In this document: positions 59,424 through 64,000 of the stretch, one piece after another
Layout of the letters: the number at the start of each line of letters is the position of its first letter
Numbering within the stretch: the first letter of the stretch is position 1
Origin: Paramecium tetraurelia
Taxonomy: Eukaryota
Direction of reading: 5' to 3'
NCBI GenBank assembly: GCA_000165425.1
Contig: CT868341.1
Coordinates: forward strand, 186,001 to 250,000
DNA: 64,000 bases
The notes under the pieces: generated by a model
Databases searched by the model: none
Seen by the model: the letters and a program-made list of their open reading frames with translations, nothing else
Told to the model about the DNA's origin: nothing
Position numbers and translations under genes: made by a program

Positions 59424-60319
59424 ATATTAATAAAAATTATATTTTTTAAATTCATTTTTCTTATTTTGTATTTATAGGTCATTAGGATATTTAAATTTTT
59501 AAATCTCTATTACTATCTATTTGATAATTTAAATTAAATCAACTTATTAAGAAAATATTCAATAAAAAAACAAAAATAGTTAAACGTTAATTGGTGGAAT
59601 TATTATATTTTCTAGTAATCATGAGTGATTTGCCATAGCATGGAAACAATTATTTTCCTCAAAAATTTCACAGATAATATCAAATTACTTCGGATTCAAC
59701 TTAATTTTAGTCCAAACTTCTTGAGAAATAAGAAAGTATAGATATGTCTTCAAGTAGATCTTGAAAACTTGTATTTGAAGGAGCAATTTATTATCTGTCT
59801 AAACATCCATACATTTATCAGCTGGAGAAGTACAATCGTGATAAACTGTATCTTAGATTGGTTTTTGATATTTTCATTGCAAAGCTTCATCAAATGGCCA
59901 GGAAAATCTAGGAATTCTCCTCTCTGAGCAATTCCATAATCATATTGAGTAAATGTTCTTCAGAAGTTAAATCCAATAAATAATATTAATTTAGACTCAA
60001 AAAATTCCAATAATAATAGAAATAAACTCTTTCCATAGTTTAAAAAATTTATATAAGTTATGACTTTTTATAAATGTAAAAATTTCATCATACATTTCTT
60101 ATATCTAAATTTTAGCTTATAATTTTCGTAGTAAAATTTAAAAATAACCTGCCTTCCTGACTTTATAAATGAATAAAAACAATTTAATGAAATAATCAAA
60201 AATTTAATGATACTTTTTTACCAGACACCTAATAATGTATTAAATAATGCTAACAAGGAAAACAATATTCGTCGCATAAAATGATTTAATATATTGTGAT
60301 TATATATATATTAAAATAA

Positions 60320-61740
60320 ATGAACGTTTGCAGTTCGCGATATTGCTAATATAACTTAAATATAGGTTAGATGGTTCCAATTCCAAAGAACAGGATTTAA
60401 TGTCCATTTTGTAAAACGACATATTACTGTTCTCAGAGATGTAGAGATATCGACTGGTATAAAAGGAATTTAAATACTTAGGACTTCTGGACATAAAACC
60501 TCATGCTTACCTGAGAAAATGATAAATTCTTAAGAGATTTCAAATAGTGATAAGGTTTCGACCTTAAGGCAAATGAAGAGAACACCAGAGGAATTTGAGT
60601 TAATATATGATTATCCATAATTAGGAAAGGGTAGCTTTGGAGCAGTTAAATTGGTTAAGGATAAAACCAATGAATAATTGTATGCTATGAAGATTGTACA
60701 TATAAAATTAAAATATAAGATAAATAAGAAAGATATATTTGAGTATTGTTCTATTGAAAACCTAAAACGAGAGATAAGAATTCAACGCAAATTATATCAT
60801 CCCAACATTACTTAACTTTATCATTATTTTGAAGATAAGGATCGTGTTTATTTGATATTAGAATATGCAGAACATGGATCTTTATTTTAATATTTGAGAA
60901 GAAGGGGAAAACTTAACGAGGATGAAGCAGTGAAATTTTTTAAGTAAACATGTTTAGGAATTTAATATTTACATCAATAAGAAATAATACATAGAGATTT
61001 AAAAGTATTTGGTATCATCATAAGAATAGCCTGAAAATATATTGTTGGATCTCCAAGACAACGTAAAAATATGTGATTTTGGTTGGTCAGCTGAAAATCT
61101 AGGATCAGTTAAAAGAAATACTTTTTGTGGTACAATTGATTACATGGCCCCTGAGATGATAGAAGATAAACCTCACGATTACACTCTCGACGTTTGGTGT
61201 TTAGGTGTATTATTATATGAATTATTACATGGATATGCACCTTTTGATGGTAAGAATGATATTGAAAAGTGCTAGAATATAGTCAAAGCACATTATCAAA
61301 TTGATGGGTCATTGTCAAGAGAAGCTAAGGACTTAATATAAAGTTTAATCACATATAAATAATAGGACAGACTCAGTTTATCATTAATTTTAAATCACAA
61401 ATGGATTAAACTGCATTCATAAAATCATATAAACGAAATTAAGAATGGAAGAACAAAAACTCAAAATGCTTATTCAATCCATTCATAACCTTAATATCTT
61501 AATAAATCAACTGCATCATCACAAAAATCACTCATCAGACATCAAATTACATCACATGAAACTTAGAATGATATATCAATTGAAATGAATGATTAGAGAA
61601 TCAGTAGAAACTCTGATCTATAAAGGAAACAATTTAGATCATAAACTTAATAATCAATTGGAAATGAATCTTTTATGCAAAAGGTTCTAGTGGCTTTAGG
61701 TTGTGTTAAAAGGGAATAACCCTATAATAAAAATTATTGA
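60320..61740 (+). CDS. Aurora-like Ser/Thr kinase with N-terminal MYND-type zinc finger
   Basis: CSSRYC...CPFCKTTYYCSQRCRDIDWTSGHKTSC then LGKGSFGAV, LKREIRIQRKLYHPNI, HRDLKPEN, CDFGWS, TFCGTIDYMAPE. Confidence 0.92.
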
Positions 61741-62136
61741 AAATACTTCATGTCTATTTCAATCATTATAAATTATTCCTTTTAGAATAATATTTTGGTT
61801 TGAATCAACATCTCATTACAAAATTAATGCAGAATTCATGAGATAAAAGAGTATTTAGTAGAGGAAGCTAAATATAAATGCAAAATTTGCAGGATTAAGT
61901 TTATATATCTAATCGTTCTTAAATGGAGAGGTTTAAAAATAATTTAGATTATGAATATTTTTCTTTAACAATACAAGTCTCCTTAATTTTTGGATCAATG
62001 TTATGAATAAAGATAGTATTAGGAAATCGTGTATATTGTTGTTCTTAATTTATCTTAAAGTATCTCATTCTAAGAAGTTATAACAAGGGGTGTGTTATTT
62101 TATATATGAATTTATTATTTTATTATATATATAGTT

Positions 62137-64000
62137 ATGTAATTTTATGGTTTACTCCCAGCACCAAATCCCTTGGTTTAAGCGGCCGATCCTGAAATTA
62201 AATAAAAAATGTATAAATGTAAATGAATAAGTGGATAGATGAAAAAGAAAGATGCATATGATGAAAGAGATTCAGCCTTCAATATGTGGGATTACTTTAG
62301 TGATAATAAAGTCAACTTGATCTATCAACGTTTCGATAATTACCCATGGTCTATGATCCCACTGAATAATCATCGATTTGCTGCATCCTGTTTCTTTGAT
62401 TGCAAAAAATTATTGGCTTTGAATAGAGAATTAAGATTAACAGAATTTACGATTGTCTTAAACAAAAATTTATATCCTTCTACAATGAAATAAAAAGAAT
62501 AAAAATAACTCGCGCTTGAATAAGACAACAAGAAATATAATGGACTGAAATTCGATTCCAATTTTGAAAGCGGAAACCTATTTACATCTTATAGAGTTGG
62601 GCCTAATGAATATGATTTGATGATGTAAAATGACACTAATTCGAAAGGAAATACCTAATGGTTTTACTTTTCGGTTGAAAACACCTTGAAAAACAGTGTA
62701 GTTACTTTTAATATCATAAACTTTGTAACATATATATTTTTATCAAGCCTTGTAGATAAAATGTGATTCATTATTTAATATGGGATAAAGGCCAGTTGTT
62801 TTTTCTAACAAATGCAATAGATAAAAAGGAACCGGATGGATTAAAGCAGGACATAATATAATTTATTTTCGAAATAAATTTAAGCGAGAAAATAGCACTC
62901 TTAAAACTTATTATACACTTTCTTTTAGTTATAAATTTGAATATTCCAATGATAAAGTTTTTTTTGCATAATGTTACCCTTATACTTACTCATAATTAAA
63001 TAATTTTATAGAAAGATCGATTCGACCAAATAAAGTAAAAATAACAATATCCTTAGTTTGCCGAAGTAAAAGAATTATGTAAGACAATCTCAAAATTATC
63101 TTGCCCCTTAATTATTATTGGTAATGGTAAAAAAGCCATATTATTGATGGCAAGATAGCATCCAGGAGAAACTCCAGGCTCATTTACAATAGAAGGAGCG
63201 ATTGAATTTTTAATCAGCAGTTGCATGGAAGCAGAAGTTTTAAGAAGTCACTTCACATTTTATATAATTCCTATGATAAATCCAGACGGGGTTATTTTTG
63301 GAAACTATCGTTGCAATCTTTACGGGGCTGATCTCAATAGGATTTGGATTTGCCCTCATAAAGAATTGCACGATTCCGTTTGGCACGTAAGAGAATTAAT
63401 TAGATAAATAAATTAAATAACTGAATTGAATTTAATAATTGACTTTCATGGACATTCAAAAAAGTAAATTTTTTCTTGGCATTTTAGATTCAATAGTTTT
63501 TATTATGCTAATAGTTTATGTGATGAATAAAAATTGCTACCATTGATAAGTTGTAATCTGTCTAAAATGATGAATTTACGAGATTGCTCTTTCAGTGTAC
63601 ATGAAAGTAAAAAGAAGACTGCTAGAGTAGCATTACAATCAGAAGTCAAAAATGGTTTTACCTACACATTAGAAATCTCATTTCATGCTTTTCGATAATA
63701 AGCATTCTAAGATTTTACTGAAAGCTCTTATAAGTAATTGGGTGAAGATGTTTCATTATCAATATTTAAGTTATTTGAATCTTAAATGGTAAAATCCAGT
63801 AAATTACCAAGAACCTTAACTTTATAATAGAATGATGAATTAGATAAATTAATAAAAGAATGTGATCTAAGCTAACTTTAGATAGGCGAAGATGATTCAG
63901 GTAGTGATTCAAATCCTGAAGAGGATGCACTTTAAGAATAAGAACTTCAATCATTTTTTAATTCTTAGAAACAAAATAAAATAATAATATAGACTAAAAA
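62137..64000 (+). CDS. Cytosolic carboxypeptidase (CCP/AGBL/Nna1, M14D tubulin deglutamylase family); runs off window end
   Basis: FDSNFESGNL, TQWFYF, CYPYTY, ARQHPGE, PMINPDGV, NYRC, DLNR, DFHGHS, YTLE. Confidence 0.95.

Noticed and set aside
59600..60250. Coding-like fragments between the pseudo-GTPase and Aurora-like genes
   Set aside because: Multiple TGAs in every frame examined; no identifiable product.

Overview
AT-rich, gene-dense eukaryotic DNA that reads as a ciliate macronuclear (somatic) chromosome segment, almost certainly Paramecium. TAA/TAG translate as Gln, TGA is the only stop, introns are tiny (about 20-30 nt, GT..AG) and many intergenic gaps are under 50 nt. The supplied standard-code ORF track therefore shows only fragments and antisense shadows; I retranslated by hand with genetic code 6. 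About 30 genes can be supported: a tail-to-tail pair of two-TM channel-like paralogs, a TTLL ligase, an ISWI remodeler, a CDPK, a YbaK-like protein, IFT81, ISD11/LYRM4, a secreted CAP protein, IC97/CASC1, a RING-H2 protein, a NEK-like pseudokinase, two PH-kinases, a divergent V-ATPase A, a 7TM-PIP kinase fusion, RXT3, an ABCB half transporter, SERCA, a Zn-finger pseudo-GTPase, a MYND-Aurora-like kinase and a cytosolic carboxypeptidase. Decayed gene remnants and a 68-nt assembly gap lie between them. The most notable items are a full-length V-ATPase A paralog with a destroyed Walker A motif, the 7TM (GPCR-like)-PIP kinase fusion, the ENaC/ASIC-like two-TM paralog pair, the MYND-Aurora fusion and other intact but catalytically degenerate enzymes. 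All calls rest on manual translation and motif recall, not database searches; some exon boundaries and starts are approximate.
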